A DNA stretch of 64,000 nucleotides from assembly GCA_035084275.1 (NCBI GenBank), contig CM068756.1, positions 5,890,001 through 5,954,000 on the forward strand, in the 5' to 3' direction. Within the stretch, counting starts at the first letter, position 1; the number at the start of each line of letters is the position of its first letter. The stretch is from Hydrolagus colliei. Lineage: Eukaryota. Under the pieces are notes generated by a model. It searched no databases. It saw only the letters and a program-made list of their open reading frames with translations, and was not told where the DNA came from. Made by a program: the position numbers and the translations under genes. Of the stretch, positions 48,601-62,862 are shown piece by piece.

Positions 48601-51600
48601 AAAAAAAGGAAATGAGAACAGTTTTGAAGTACTGTATACAGAACAGGTATACTGTTGAGCTGGTTCCTTCCACAAACCACACTTTACCATACCCAATCTG
48701 AGCCTATTTGCTGAGAAAAAGCTGTGCACCATATTTTTCTTGATGGTCTTTCTACATTTCAGGTTTTCTTATATGCTTAAGTGACCTATCTTTGTCACCA
48801 TGACATGTGCATGTAAATACAAAAAAAGTTTGCCAAGCTATCCACGAATACAACAACAATTTAATTTGGACTACATTTAGATCATTTGAAAAAAGAGCCA
48901 TTTGTTTTTTTGCCAAACATTAAAAAAAATAGTTTGCAGTCAGTCAGGCACAGAGCTCACTCATTTGTAAGCAGCAGAAGCATGCTAGGCAGAAAATAAT
49001 TGGGTTTTAGGTCAATGTCTTCTTTACACGAGTGTGAACGTTTTCTGATTTGGGTATTTAAAACTGCTTCGAACATGGAGAAATTAACTTCCCTATAAAT
49101 TGCCGCAAATTCATTTCTTGTGAAGGTGAAATGGTTACATCAATGCTCTTGTAAGTACCTACAAGTGAACATCATATGATATGATGAATATCGAAAAGGT
49201 ATTACAAATGAGGAGCAACAAATGCTGGCACTAAAGCAAATTATACTCATAGTTTACTAATTCATCTCAGGTTATAAACGATGTTCGTGGTCCGTCCAAT
49301 CATTAGTTTTGTACTTTAAATTGGTCACTTGAAGCCCTCGGTTTGTTTCCAGGCTGATAACCGCCTCTCAGCTCACCCGCTGTGAATTTTATGATTGGCC
49401 TGAAACAGTGGCATGGATAGTGCCTTGCGAGAAATGTAATAACAAATGAATAGTGGCAAAGGCAGAGCTCCTCCAGCTTGCCAAGTTATCCCCAACATCC
49501 CAGAATAGCCTGTTGTATCCCAGTTCGCAAGTTTAATAAATCCAGATTTTGCAGAGCACTCCTGGTTTTTAGTGTTTATGTAAAAAAAAGGGTCAATGTT
49601 CCCAATTCACTTGCTGTAAAATTGGATGGAATGAAGCTCCTGCTATTGTGAAATTACTATCCAATTACAGTGAAAATCAGATTAGTAATCTCCCATTGTT
49701 TGGCTGATGTGGAGGAGAGAAATGCACCTTGTAGATCAATAAAAATAATGCCGTAGGACATAAAAGTGTTTAATCTCTCTCAGTGCCATGCCTGAATGTC
49801 TCAACTACACTTAAAAAGATTCATTCCAGTCCAACCACAGGAAGTAGTCTTGAGATTGCAATTCCGTTAGCAAAATATGCAGATAGTTTGAGGTCAGACC
49901 TGAAATCTGTGGAAGCAGATAATACCAGCATCACCAGCTGACATAGGGACCTGCAAAGCCACAACTGGGTCTGAAACATCTAAGTCTATTGATAAACGTG
50001 CCATGCCCTTTACATTGTAGCTCCCGTGTACCCCAACATGGCACGATTTCACTGTTTTAGAAGCTTGCCACTGGAGAATTTCAGAGAGATTTTCAATTGT
50101 CCTTTCTACCCCACACCCAGTCCCTGAACACGACCACTTTCCTCCACCCCCATCACATTCCTCGCCTCAGCAACATAACCCAATATAAATCCAAGTCGTT
50201 GTGGTTTCAAACCAAGACCTGGTTTCCACTGATCATTGGCAGTCAACAATGAAACATCAATGTTAAGGAATTCATTGCTACATTGTTAAATTAGGAGAAA
50301 TGTGGCTGGACTTGTAGGCATAGGGAAAAACATGAGAACCATAGATAATAGGAATTTAAAAGATTAAGCGGGTGTGATTTTCCCATCAGTGTCATGGAGA
50401 GCTGTAACTCTCATCAGCAGTGACCACATTTTCCACCTGACACTCACTGCATGCAAACCACTGCTGGCAGATTTCCCATCACTGAGCTCGGGAGATGTAG
50501 AGTCACTGTTGGGACAAGTCAGCAAGGCTGTTGCCAGATTCCAACCAATTCCATTTTTTTTTATTGTGTGAGCTTCTAGCAGTGAAAAAGTCACATTAGA
50601 AATGATCTTACTTTTTCCATTAAGTGATAAACCTGACTGGTCTATATGTTGCACAGCTCTGAAAGAGATACAGTATTTGGCTTTTTAAATCTTTACAAAT
50701 CCAATAAGACCCTATTCCTTCAACCTCTGGACCTCGGCTCAATAGAACTGATGTCTCCTCTCACAGATCCACGTGGTTAGCTTGGCAGACTGAACCCAGT
50801 TGGTGCAGATTCACAGCACAAGAATGTCCATGGTTTGTGTGTGCTTAATTGGCAGCCACATCATGAATGTCAATATGAAATAGGAGAGAAAAAAATTACA
50901 TCATTGATAGGGCCATGCTCGGAGGATGGGTATAAACCATGTGGTTGAGGCATTTTGTATTTCTGTATGTCTGCCAATGCTATACACTGGCATTTGCATA
51001 AAGTGCTCAGTTCACAGCAATAACTTCCCTCAGCTTGATGGTCAAAAAATAACATTTTGAAAAAGCATCATTATTACCCCACAGGCAGGCCAGTCAGCTG
51101 ACTGCTTCTTGTGTTCTACTATTAACGGTAACCAAAGTGGCTCAGCTTGTTCTTTAAACAAGGCACAGATTGGATTTAGAACAGAAATCAACATTAGCAT
51201 TGCTAAACGTACCTTTCCAGTGGGAAAAATAGCACCTCTTGTGCCAATATACTGTAACCACACATCCCCCTTTCATTACACACACTGGATATTTTACAAT
51301 AACTTTTACTGAACCATCAATCTAATTTATGTGTGGAATTAATGTTATATAAGAACTCCCCTGGTGCACAGGTGTGGCACAAAGCCAGGTCATGTCCGAA
51401 TCTCAATATTTAATCTCAGATGGGGTAACAATTACAAAGGGACAAATGACCTCACAACCTCCTAGACAACTTGACCAAATATTCTGGTGCAAATAATAAT
51501 TTCTGGCTGATTCTCTTCTAGTAATGACCACTGTCCAACCTGCATTGCTCTCCTCAAGATTTTCAGGCAGTGGTAAAGGTCATGACAATTAGCAGTAAAA

Positions 51601-54600
51601 TAGCTCTCACTGTGTTAACAATGGCATGACTCATGATTGGCAATGTTCCCTCATCCCCACCAACCTCAGAAATAGCATCACACCACCAGAAAGCAGGGAT
51701 TATATTGTATATTTGAATCTGTTCTGTTACTGCAGGTGTGTGAAAGATTCCAAGACAGGTTAGTCGAGGTACTATTGGTGAAAACTCCCATTATCACCTC
51801 CATCCATCAAAAGAAAAATCCAGCTCTATGTGTACAAGTGTCAATAATCTCCAAATAGAATACAGGCTTAATGCAGGAAACATGAAAGTAACCTGAAAGT
51901 GGCAGCAGTATCGGTGATTAGACATTTCTAATATAGGACTTGACATTTTCTTAAATAGTACAGAGCTGGAATTTGTTATTTACTGGAAGTTATAAAAGGC
52001 CAGTTATATCATATCTACACAGTGGCATTTTATGGGAAAGCTGTTATGCTAATTCAGTGCCTTATTCTGAGTGTTGCAGAGCACCAGACAAATTGTCGGA
52101 AATCCTCTTATTTGTAGAAACCGAGAGAAAATGGGCAGTTGGTAGAGTGGAAGCTTCTTTTATTGTATCTTCTAATGATGTTTTAATGCATTTACTACAA
52201 TTGATTCAAAGGCTTTTAATGCGTGTGCATACACCATTCCTGAGCAGTGCAATATATTTCAAATGACATTCTTAGAGAGCTAGGACTATGTAGGTGACAT
52301 AAATAACATTGGGATCCGGGTTCGAGCACTGAATCTACAAAAGCAACATACATTTCTTTCAATAACACACGTATATTAATAGCATTAAGTAGATGTTATT
52401 CTATTTATTGGCCTTCGCCTGCTGGATTTCAAACCTCACGTATTAAACGTGATCTGCTCAGCTCTACTGTGGGCTCAGTACTCTCAGCCATTGAAAAATA
52501 TCGTCGATAAATTAAGGCACAGATGACCACAGCACTGCAGTTAATTGCTATCCAGAGAAAAATGGACCATTTGAATTTAACTCCTTCTGTACCACTCTGC
52601 TGTATCAAGGCTTAGTATTGAATTGTATCTGTGGTTGATGCGATTTTCACTTTGATGGTCATAATTAATACAGTGTTGTAAGGCTGGATTTGCCTGTACG
52701 CTGATCCACCATTAGTTTAACTTCCCGTGCAATGAAAATAGCTGACTTTCGGGTTACAGCTGATGTCACTTTACGGGGGCTGCACTTTTGCGCCGACCTA
52801 ATGGTCAGGAAGTTGGCGGTATCTCAGCAATGGCAAGCCAATGGGTGTCTGTAGATGCAAGAAATGACTTCAGCAACAGCTATTTTTTTTTAAAACAGCA
52901 ACAGCAGTACTTTTTGTATATTACACAAATGCACAATGTGCAAGAAGCAAAGTTGTTGCTGTTACTGACACATAAGTAATGGTGTAAAGTATTTTAGCAA
53001 AATTAAAACAATACCATTGAGTCAAATGCTTGAGCAATGCATTAATATGATCTAAACCTCAAATTAGATATCATACAATATGCCATACATTGGGTTTTGT
53101 GGGTAGAATCTGAAGGAATTTTTTTTTAAGTTGTGGTTTGAAAGTTTCTGTTACCCTGAGTCTTAGTTCATTTCTGAACGACCCTCACTGAAGGACATCA
53201 CACCTCCTTGCGACATCACTCTGGTCTGGTAAATCTTGAGTAATTTGTGGGGGGTTATGGGAGCAGTACACACAATTTATATCAGTATGAATAATACTAA
53301 AAGGCCATTTTATAATATCCAGAACACAGAAGCACACAGAGAACAACTGAACAGCTCAGTTACATGGATTGAAGGGAATATTATCCAAGGGGGGAGGGTT
53401 TTCCAATGTAAATCCCTAGGAATGTGGGAAAAAAATATTATTTGCAATACCTTCTCCATGAAAGGTGATATTTCCAATGTGTATCTGACAAATTGTTGGA
53501 GTAATGCCATTTCAAGATTTCTGGCCAGAGAGAACCTCTCAGCTAATGTATAATGTGGTCGGGTGTTATTATTGAGTGGGATTGGAGTTCTTTCTGATCC
53601 AGGTTGTTGATCCCAGGGCAACAGGACCATTAAAAAGTTCATTGCTAGCCAGGACCTTCATCTTTTCTCCCCAGGGTAATGTTCCTTTGTAGAAATTATT
53701 CCTGTGAAAAAACAGAACTATGCAACGCTCTGCTTCACCATTTCAGAAACCCCCCAGCATGATCACGTGTTCAAGGTTCCATTATGTTTTCCAAGAATAT
53801 TATTAATAAACGAGCCTTCCTTCTGAAGTGCTCTTTTCCCATTTTATAATCGATAACATCAAATCTTCTGGTGGAAATTTAGTGAGGCAAGTTAGATCCA
53901 TCTTCCATAATCAGACTGTTAGATAGTTTGTTAAGGTTGTTATATCACTGATCAAATTGGATCAAGAATAAGGCACATTTTCCCTCAAATTGTTCAGTGG
54001 TACAGTAACAGTAACTTATGCTGCAGGGGAGGGATTAAATCTGATTTCTACTTTCATCAAACCAGATGTCCCATTAGGACCAGATGTTTGTTTTTTAAAA
54101 GTTCCAGTAGTTCAGTTACTGAAAATCATTCTTTCCATTCCAGTCTAGAGTAGACTGTAGGACGCTGCTGGGCTGCTTTATGGTCAGTGGCGAGACTTGG
54201 AACATTCTTATGGAATGTTTATTTGCAGTTATACAGAAAGCATGTTTGTCATCACATTAACCAGTTGCATCAGGGCTGCAAAATACTGCAGCTTTCTGGG
54301 ATTTATCTGAGGATGCAGAGTGCTAGTTGGTTGTGGGAGGGGGCTCTCTCATGGTAACTCAGCCATGCATCCCACATTTTCAAATTAATATTTAAGTGTC
54401 AATGAACTTCAATTACAGTAACTGCATTAACACTTGGATAAGTGTACGTACTGAGGGGTGGCACAGGGAGATTGGGTATGTAGGGAAGGTTTGTGTGTTC
54501 CCCATGGAATAATCCTTGGTGGGGCAGATCCCTCTCATGTGCAAACATAGGAAATGTGGTGCAATTGACTAAAGGGACCTTCTCCTGTTCCTAGCTATTT

Positions 54601-55859
54601 ATTCCTATAAGAGAGTGATGTGATTACAGGAACGAGTCAGGCTAACCATAGGAGAATCTCTCAGGCAGCAAGGCACATATGATATTGATGAAGGTTTGTT
54701 CTAATAAAGTACAGTACTCCAGCCCATGCACCTGCAGCCATCATCATTATCATTTTTAATGGGCAGAAGGCCTGTTGCCAGGGAAGGTTCACTTCAACAG
54801 ATAGCATTAATCAAATGTATTGGTCAATGAGGAATGAGGTAACACTTAATACAAGTAAAGTAATACATATTTTAATGTTAATTTTTTTGCGAGGGGAAAG
54901 AGGAGCATCTATAAAGGAAAAATGGCTAAGTGAATAGACTTGCAAAGCTTACACCTCCCTTCCAGTGCTGTCTTTAGTTGAAATGGGTGGATGGTCCTGA
55001 CTGCTCAGGTGCAGTACATGCTGAGAATCCTCCGTCCGAGACTGCAAACTCAGCGAGCCCTTCATAAGTGTGTGATTGGCAACTGAGACATGGATTCACA
55101 CCTTAATCTCTTTAATCTTCCACCCCAGAGTCCAACACTTAATTGTAGCCACTAAATCACTCAAGAGGTTAGATCTTGCCCTGGCCTAATATTGCTATGA
55201 CCTGTATCCTTAAGTCTGCAAAGCGCGCTAATCTGAAAACTACTGTAAAACATGTATTAAAAGAGTGGATAACTCCTAACTGGACAACAATTTGCAATTA
55301 CACCTACTTTGTTAAATTGATGCTAAAATGCCACAAATTTGCAAAAATCCTTTTGTGATCAACATAACGTTGTGGCGCTGTGCAAGTCTAACTCTGTATG
55401 TTGTATAATGCATTAGCTTGTTCAATAGGGCTTTTTTTTAAACAACTTGGACAGCTCATAACTACTGAACATAGCAGCGTGTGGGTTAAGGAAATGGGGC
55501 TGTACTACACAAAACCATGTTTATTACAAATGAGATTCCACACTTGTTCACTTGAGTGCAAATGGGAAAGATCATCTGGGCTCAATTGGGCCAACTCACG
55601 TCAAGTCAAAAGATCCTAATTCCTCGAAAAGTATTTTCTTTACTCGAGGCCAAACCTTTGTAAGATTAGATGATACCTATCACACAGCTGTAGAAGTTAT
55701 AGTTCAAACATTTATGTAAACTCATACAGATTTGATGTTTCGTTGTTTGGATAAGTATTTACTCTGGAAGACAGTGGGAGGACAGGTGCAGACTGAGATG
55801 AATAAATGCTTTACTGAACATAAGGTCCCCGAGCAGCGGGGACTGAGTGAATGTGGTGT

Positions 55860-55920
55860 GTGAATACAGGACGTCCTCCTGAAATGAAAGGCATTATACA
55901 AATGCAATTTTGTTGTTGTT
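55860..55920 (+). mobile_element. L2-type 3' tail remnant
   Basis: ggacgtcctcctgaaatgaaaggcattatacaaatgcaattttgttgttgtt. Confidence 0.6.
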
Positions 55921-58900
55921 ATGTAGTGGGAAGGGAAATTAGGCCCAGTGTAGGAATTCTGGAGTTTTCATGTGAGTTGCCTTCAAGCATCAGTAAGTTT
56001 CCATGCAGAACTTTCTCGCAGGGCCAGGGAAGGTTTGTGGAGTGTCACGTTTGAGGGATCAGTGGTGAGAGCCAGCCCTAATGGCCTTTCTTCTCATTCC
56101 ATGTTAACAATGTTCTTGATTCCATATTAACGAATTGTGTAGAATTTCAGAAGTCCTTCTTACCAGGAATTAACACCCAATTCTTTTGTAATTCTGAATT
56201 CCGGACTGAATCATAGACAATCTCTGGTTAACCCATTCAAATTAATAAAAACAAAACGTGAGAAATTAGAAAGGAAAACATGTGGAGTGCATTATCCTTA
56301 AATTCGGGGTTATTAGATTTTATTCTCAAAGATGGTTTTGGTTACACTGTGCCACTGTCTTCTTGCCCTACACATTTTAGGGATAAAATTAGGGTTAATT
56401 TTATAATCTGAATTTAAACAAAACATCGACTGTCCCCTTCACAAGACTGACATTCATCAGCTGCATTTATGATGCATGACGCATTTTAGACACTTTATAC
56501 AGTTTCATTCTCTCTGTTCTTGCGTATGCAAACGGGTAAACGCCGAAGCACAGCACAATGAACATGCTGAAAATTGATACATATCCACTGCGGCTTTCAC
56601 AGAAACCTAAATAAAGTCAAAAGCAGGATTGTTCATCCCGAACAAAGTGATACACAGTATAAATGCCACGTTTTATTTACAGCTGGGTTTACAGTGTTAA
56701 AGTTTTCAAAATGGCAATCAATCACCCATTCTTTCCCATTATGATGACGGCATACAATTAATGTCATGTGCACCATACCCACAGCCTAAACATCATATAA
56801 TATTTAATCAACAGAGTAGCTGATTTCCAATTTCCCACCCATCCAATTCACAAATCTTAAAGGGCTATTGTCGTCCTGGGTAATTATATTTTAACAGGTT
56901 TGTAACATGGAAGGATTGCTGAGTCTGTGATATCTCAGTACTGACCATGTGTTCACAGAAAAGTAGATCTAGGGTTGAGAGTTATTGCCCTGATCAGTGA
57001 GGTTACTGATCACAGCAGAAATGCGTTAGTATAAATATCAGGTTTTACGCTATTCCTAATATTCCTCCATATGAATTCCTCACACACACCGTCTTGTTTT
57101 TTTTAAAAAGACTATTAAAGTATGAGTGGCTTGTAAATTGAACACTGATCAAGGATCAGTGCACAAAGATCAAGGAGTACAAATGTCAATAGGTATATGA
57201 GTCACACAGATGGGGATTCCTTCTGTTACCTGGAGGTCAGTCATGCTGACCCATACAACTCTGCTCTAGCACATTGTACACCCAAAGCAGCGTGCTCACG
57301 GGTCAACAGAAAATTAGTACAATTTTAGTCAGGTTAAAAAATACCACAAATTAAACCCCTGTACGGAAAAGGTAATGGACATTAATGTTCGCCGTCAGAA
57401 AGTAGAGTTTTACAGCTCTGCAGACGTTCATCCCCAAAGAGTCTTATTAAAAAGAAGTGAAGAAATAGAGAGCATAATATCACATCGCCAGAGAGCTTAT
57501 GTCTACTATAGTGGATATATTCCTGACAGCTGACGTGACTGCTTTCTAAAGGATCATTAGATGAGACCATTCTTATCAGTTTCAGGAACCACTTCTTAAT
57601 GCTGAATTCCTGTTGAACCAGGGCAATTAGGTGGTAAGACCTCAGTTCCACAATGCAGCTGAATGGGATGCAGATTTCCAGTTCACTACAATACCGAGAT
57701 TTCAATGTCCGAGGACAGTGTTGTGAGGAGATGCCCATTAGAAGCCAGGTGCTTCATCACAGTGGGAAATTGACGCAGTCAAATGGTAACTTTCAATCAT
57801 CTCCTATCAACTGGTCCAACTGACGTGGCAAGGGCTGGGAGAAAGAAGCTTGCCCTCTCAGGCATAGTTGGTACATAATGTTGGTGCATAACTTGGGGAG
57901 TCCTGAAAAGGGGGAGAGGAAAAGTAATGCAGAAAAAGGTGGAGGGAAATGTGTCGTCACTTGCCTGCTCTCAATGAGGAATTAGTATCACACTGGGGAG
58001 ATTTCCAGTAGATTCAAGTCTTGGCACAGTCAGCAACTGCCTGCTCGGAAAACTCCACCGAAACACTTCCACATTGCCAATTACGAAAGTTCTCTGCCTA
58101 CTGAAATGTGTTTCCAATGTTTTTTATTCGAAGTGTTACATAAATTGAATTTGAAGCACCAGCTGCGACTGAGAGACAATGTGCATGGCAGCCCTCCACA
58201 TATCCCACCCGGTGCAGTCCTCCATTTACAAATTTGGACGAAAATGGCTCCAAAAATACTATTTACTCCAATACACTCTCATTTGCTACTGAAATGGTTC
58301 CGGGGGGTGGGGAAAGTGGGTGCATTATGAGGGAAAGGTAAAAAAAATTAATGGCCCAAGGCATGAAATGCTACTTATTATTTCAAAATGATTTTGCCTG
58401 AAAATGTTAGGTCAAATGTAACGCCATGTAAAACCATGGACAATTCTTAATTTGAAAGCTTTTTTTTCAAAGAACTGCACAAAGTATACTTTCCAATTGA
58501 GGCAGAATTGAACATTTCTGCACAATTCCGTATCCCTTTCAACTTTTAAGATAAAATTAACTTATAGGCCTAAGACTAGGTGGAATTTCAAGCCTCAGGT
58601 GTTCTCTTTGAATATCAGTCCCGAATCAGTTGGACTGTAAACGTTTTAAAAAATCTCTCCCTCGCACATGCTGAAATGGAAGCCAATAATATCAATTCAA
58701 ATGACCTTAAAATGAAAGCCAGCAATTGAATTGAACAATAGAATAAAACTACTTATAGGATGGATATGATTCCACAAGAGTCAATTTGAAATTGGGCTCC
58801 TCAGTATTCACTTTGAAGAGGAATTTTCTTCTACGTGTACTTAGTTACCACAAATAATTACACCTTGGGTAGACAGGAAAGGGTTATTCACTTTCTAATC

Positions 58901-61074
58901 ACGTTACAGAAGTGTTTTACATATTAAGTGGCGTTCAATCCACTATATCACTGGATATTGCATAAGGGTATGAGAATTTTTATTTGACGTCAGTTACCAT
59001 CAGAGCAAATAAACAGATGCTGCAACTTGTCCTCAATTCGATTGAGGTAGTGGAAGACTTGCACATTTTAACGCTGGCAGTATGAGATGAGACACAGGCA
59101 CTGATGTATGCTTCACATCTTACTGGTGCAGTCTGACTTATCTGGCTCACTATTTACCTGTCTGTGCCGACGGAGTTTGAAACTGCATTGTTTAGAATGT
59201 CTGAATCCATATGTGGACCGAGCAGGTCTCTCTCTTTCTCTCTCACACCGTTCTTCTCTTTGGCTAGCAGTTGCCGAAGGAACAGAAGAGAAATACCACC
59301 AGCATGGGGTTTTCACTATTACTGTGACAATTCTGTTACATTATTAAACCTCCAGTTTGAGTTACGAGTTAAAGCCTTTAAGGCATGTCGCTAGCATCAC
59401 TCTGTTTATTTTATGAAAGTTAGTTTCTCGAAGGAAACAGAAAAACAAATTAGACTGTAGTTTCTATCATTAGGCATGGTCTGTAGTTTTATTTTTCACA
59501 TTCTGGAAAAAAAATGTTATGGGTTATGTAAAAATATGCTAACTCAATAATCATACTAATTTTTAACCATGACAATGGTATTCAGAATTTCTGTTTCCTA
59601 GCAACCCGGTGATTAGTTTGTCAATCGTGAAAAGCAGAATTCTACTGAGTAAAATATTTGATTCCATGCTTGGTTCAACAAAATGATTTAAACCATTAGT
59701 GGAAGTAGAGTCGCTCTGTTTTGTTCCTTGAAATCAGTGAATTACTTCATGCTGATACACACCGAACAACTAAACCCGGCTTCTGGTAGATGTGGGCATT
59801 CAGTGCATTGTACACGCAGATGACTGTGTGAATAATGTTCCGAGGAGATTAGCACATCATTTTTTAAGAAAAGCAAAAATCTTACAAACCACACAGGGGA
59901 AAAGGAAATTCTTAGGATAAGGAAGATTTGTTGTTCAGAGGGCAATGAATATTGCTAAAGACAATACAATGGGTGATGTTCACTTTTAATGCAGCGAGCT
60001 CTGCCGCAGCATTTGTGAAATGGATTAATAACCGCACCAGGGCTTTAATATTTTTCTAGTTTTTCTTTAATTGAACGTTGGCAGCTTTGAAAAAAAATCT
60101 CTCCACATTGCTTAGAATTTTAGCTTCAGAAAATTTGGCATTGGAAAAATATTTTTTTTTCTTGCGTGTATTGTACGACAGAATAATGAGCGAGCGATCT
60201 GATCCTGATCTGTAAATGAGCCCCCTCAGTAGTTGAAGAGGCTAGGCTTCATGCATAAGTGTCTGGGCTCCATTGAAATCCATTTCAAGGCCACAGTCAG
60301 TGATTTTCAGACTGTTCTTCATTAACAGGGCCTCCCCACAACGGGAGCATTTACCAAAACCCTACATTCCGCGTGTGTCTGTGAATTGTTTATTGTCTTG
60401 TTGGCTATTTGGACTACCATTAGAAAGCTTTATTATCCTGTTAGCGGGAGCCTGTGTGTTTTCCGGTTGTTTATTTTTAGCTTTTTTTTCCATAAGAGCT
60501 TCTGCCGTAAGAAATGCTCAAATGAGTACTTGGCGACTTTGGTCTGAAAGCCGCCAGGGTTGTATATCATCACAAGTGCAGCACTATACAAAGAGAGAGT
60601 GCATCAATGTTTGTTTATTTTTTTTAATATCTGAATTCAAACCTTTCACTGAAACCTTGTGCCAGGGCAATTACTAATTTCATAATGTAGATTCCATTCA
60701 CAATTCTGAAGACAAATAGTAGGAAAATTTAAACGTGCAGCACAATTTATTAGGCAGTAAAATTGATGTATTCACCCAGCCCTCGGAATTCATATGTTCT
60801 GAAAAGTTTAGGGTCAAACCTCAGCAAGGGGTTGTGGGACATCCTCCCCTCGGGCACTGTATAATTTTAATAATCTGGAATGGCAAATCCACAATTCCTC
60901 GAATAGGTTTTGATCATATAATCAGTTTCTTTACTGAGAGTACAATAATCCTTCCTCCTGCAGCTGAACAGAAATAGGCTCACTTTTACCTTCCCATGAC
61001 GGACATGCAAAAGATGACAAAGTTGCTGATAGCGTGTTTGCCTCCATGTAAATGATAGCAGCTTTCCCCATTGT

Positions 61075-61420
61075 AATAATATTATTAATAATAATAATTC
61101 TTCCATTTGATATAGCGCCTTGTCATATCATTGAAACACCTAAAAGCGGTTCACAGACTATACTACAAAGTGAATTGACTATATTTTGTGGGAGAGATAT
61201 TGTGTGCTGGTACATATATGTTGTGTAGGCAAACATGGGGGTGTCCCACGAAAAGCCACAAAGTAAATTACTATTTTTATCTGGGGTATAACTGGCCAAG
61301 ACACGAGGACAAGCTCCCTTCTCTTTTCAAATGCGACCTGTTTGCTATGTTATCTTAAGGACGGCATCTCCAACAATGCAGCACTCCCCCAGGACTGCAC
61401 TAGAGCGTCAGCCTAGACCG
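61075..61420 (-). mobile_element. Degenerate DeuSINE-like element
   Basis: (TAA)n tail, catttgatatagcgcc...ttcacagactatactacaaagtgaattgact, tggccaagacac, and ggacggcatctccaacaatgcagcactccc...gcgtcagcctagac. Confidence 0.75.
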
Positions 61421-62619
61421 AGCTCATGGAAGTTTGAGGGCTGATTAAGCTAGTCTAATGACACATAAATAAATGAATAATCGAGGTCAGTTTCAGGAAA
61501 TCACTACACTCATTTGTCTGGATTGCAACCCCCAGTCCCCATACAAAGTCTGTCTTTGGTCACTGAGTAAGCATGCTAAATTAGGAATGGATTTGTTCTG
61601 TGGAGATTTGTCCACTTTGATATGGTTTGAGACTAGAGTGGCTCATAGCTGTCAAACAGATGGATCCTTTGGGATGGATGATTCATTCCCAGATGTTAGT
61701 GAGTAATATTCTGACGTTGAATCCCAATGCCCTTCAAATCTTGGTAGGGTCTTTATAAGATAAGCAGGTGAATAGCACAGAGGGCAAGCCTTTGGTTCAT
61801 TTGAACACCAAGTCAAAGGATGCAAGATTGAAGTTGTCATGGATTTGAACTTCCTTGCCAATGGTTGACTACCATTTTATGCCTCCAAACTAGCCACTGG
61901 TGGCAACTCCATATGTGATCTTGTTTATTAGAGAGAAGTAGAGAGTGACAGAACTATGTCACCCTGTTTGAATTGCACCTCCTGATGCTAGATCACAGCA
62001 TCACTGAACTGATATGTAGTAGGATTGACGGCCATTAAGTGCATAGCCCAAATCACCCTATCCCAGCTGGAGGAGAATGTGTGGTGATGAGCAATGCTCT
62101 TGGAACGAAAAAAGGAAAATATAAATTTTAAAAATAGCCCATTAAATGACTTGCCTGTCAACAAAGTCTGATACAGGGCCAATTTTAGTGCAACAAGGTC
62201 GCTTTTCCTCCTTTGTGTGACGGCTTGAATGATATGAAAAAATATGAACTGAGAAAAGGCCATTTGGCAAACTGAGCTCATTCCTTCCACAACCCTTGTA
62301 CTGTTTGTGTTATCATGGAAGACACCCAAGTTATTTAATCTCCGCCAGGGGAAGGAAGGATAAAAACTATCAGGAAAAGATCTGTGATGTATTGTCCTGG
62401 CATCCTAAGATAGCTAGTAAAACTTCAGAATATCAGTCTTAACATTACAAAGCACGTCATTCAAACACTGGGATGTTACAATCCACAGATGACATCCCAT
62501 GATCTGAAATGCATAGGCTTTTCCCTGCCATAGAATGAAACTTATGCTGAATAAATTAGACCAGTTACTTTCATATTAATTTCTCGTGCAACTACACTGT
62601 ACACCACCCGCTTCCATGT

Positions 62620-62862
62620 CCCCCACTCCCATCGCCCCACCGCCCACAGTGAACATTTCAGCCCTCACTCTCTGGAACTCCATTACTACACCACATCCCA
62701 CCATTAACAACAACAATAACAAAAATTACATTTGTATAGCGCCTTTCACAAAGGTGCTAAAAACCTTTTTCACTCCACTTTGTGTCACCCACCGAGCTCA
62801 TTTTTTGAAGCACTTTGAGACGTCATGATGTGAAAGACACAATACAATTGTAAATTATTATA
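62620..62862. mobile_element. Nested L2 remnants in opposite orientations
   Basis: Plus-strand ...SALTLWNSI... (decayed L2 ORF2 end) and plus-strand tail gaagcactttgagacgtc...gtgaaag, interrupted by a minus-strand (CAA)n tail fragment at ~62707-62758. Confidence 0.55.

Noticed and set aside
36440-62862. Strand bias of intronic retroelements
   Set aside because: Copies occur in both orientations in similar numbers, and the sample is too small.
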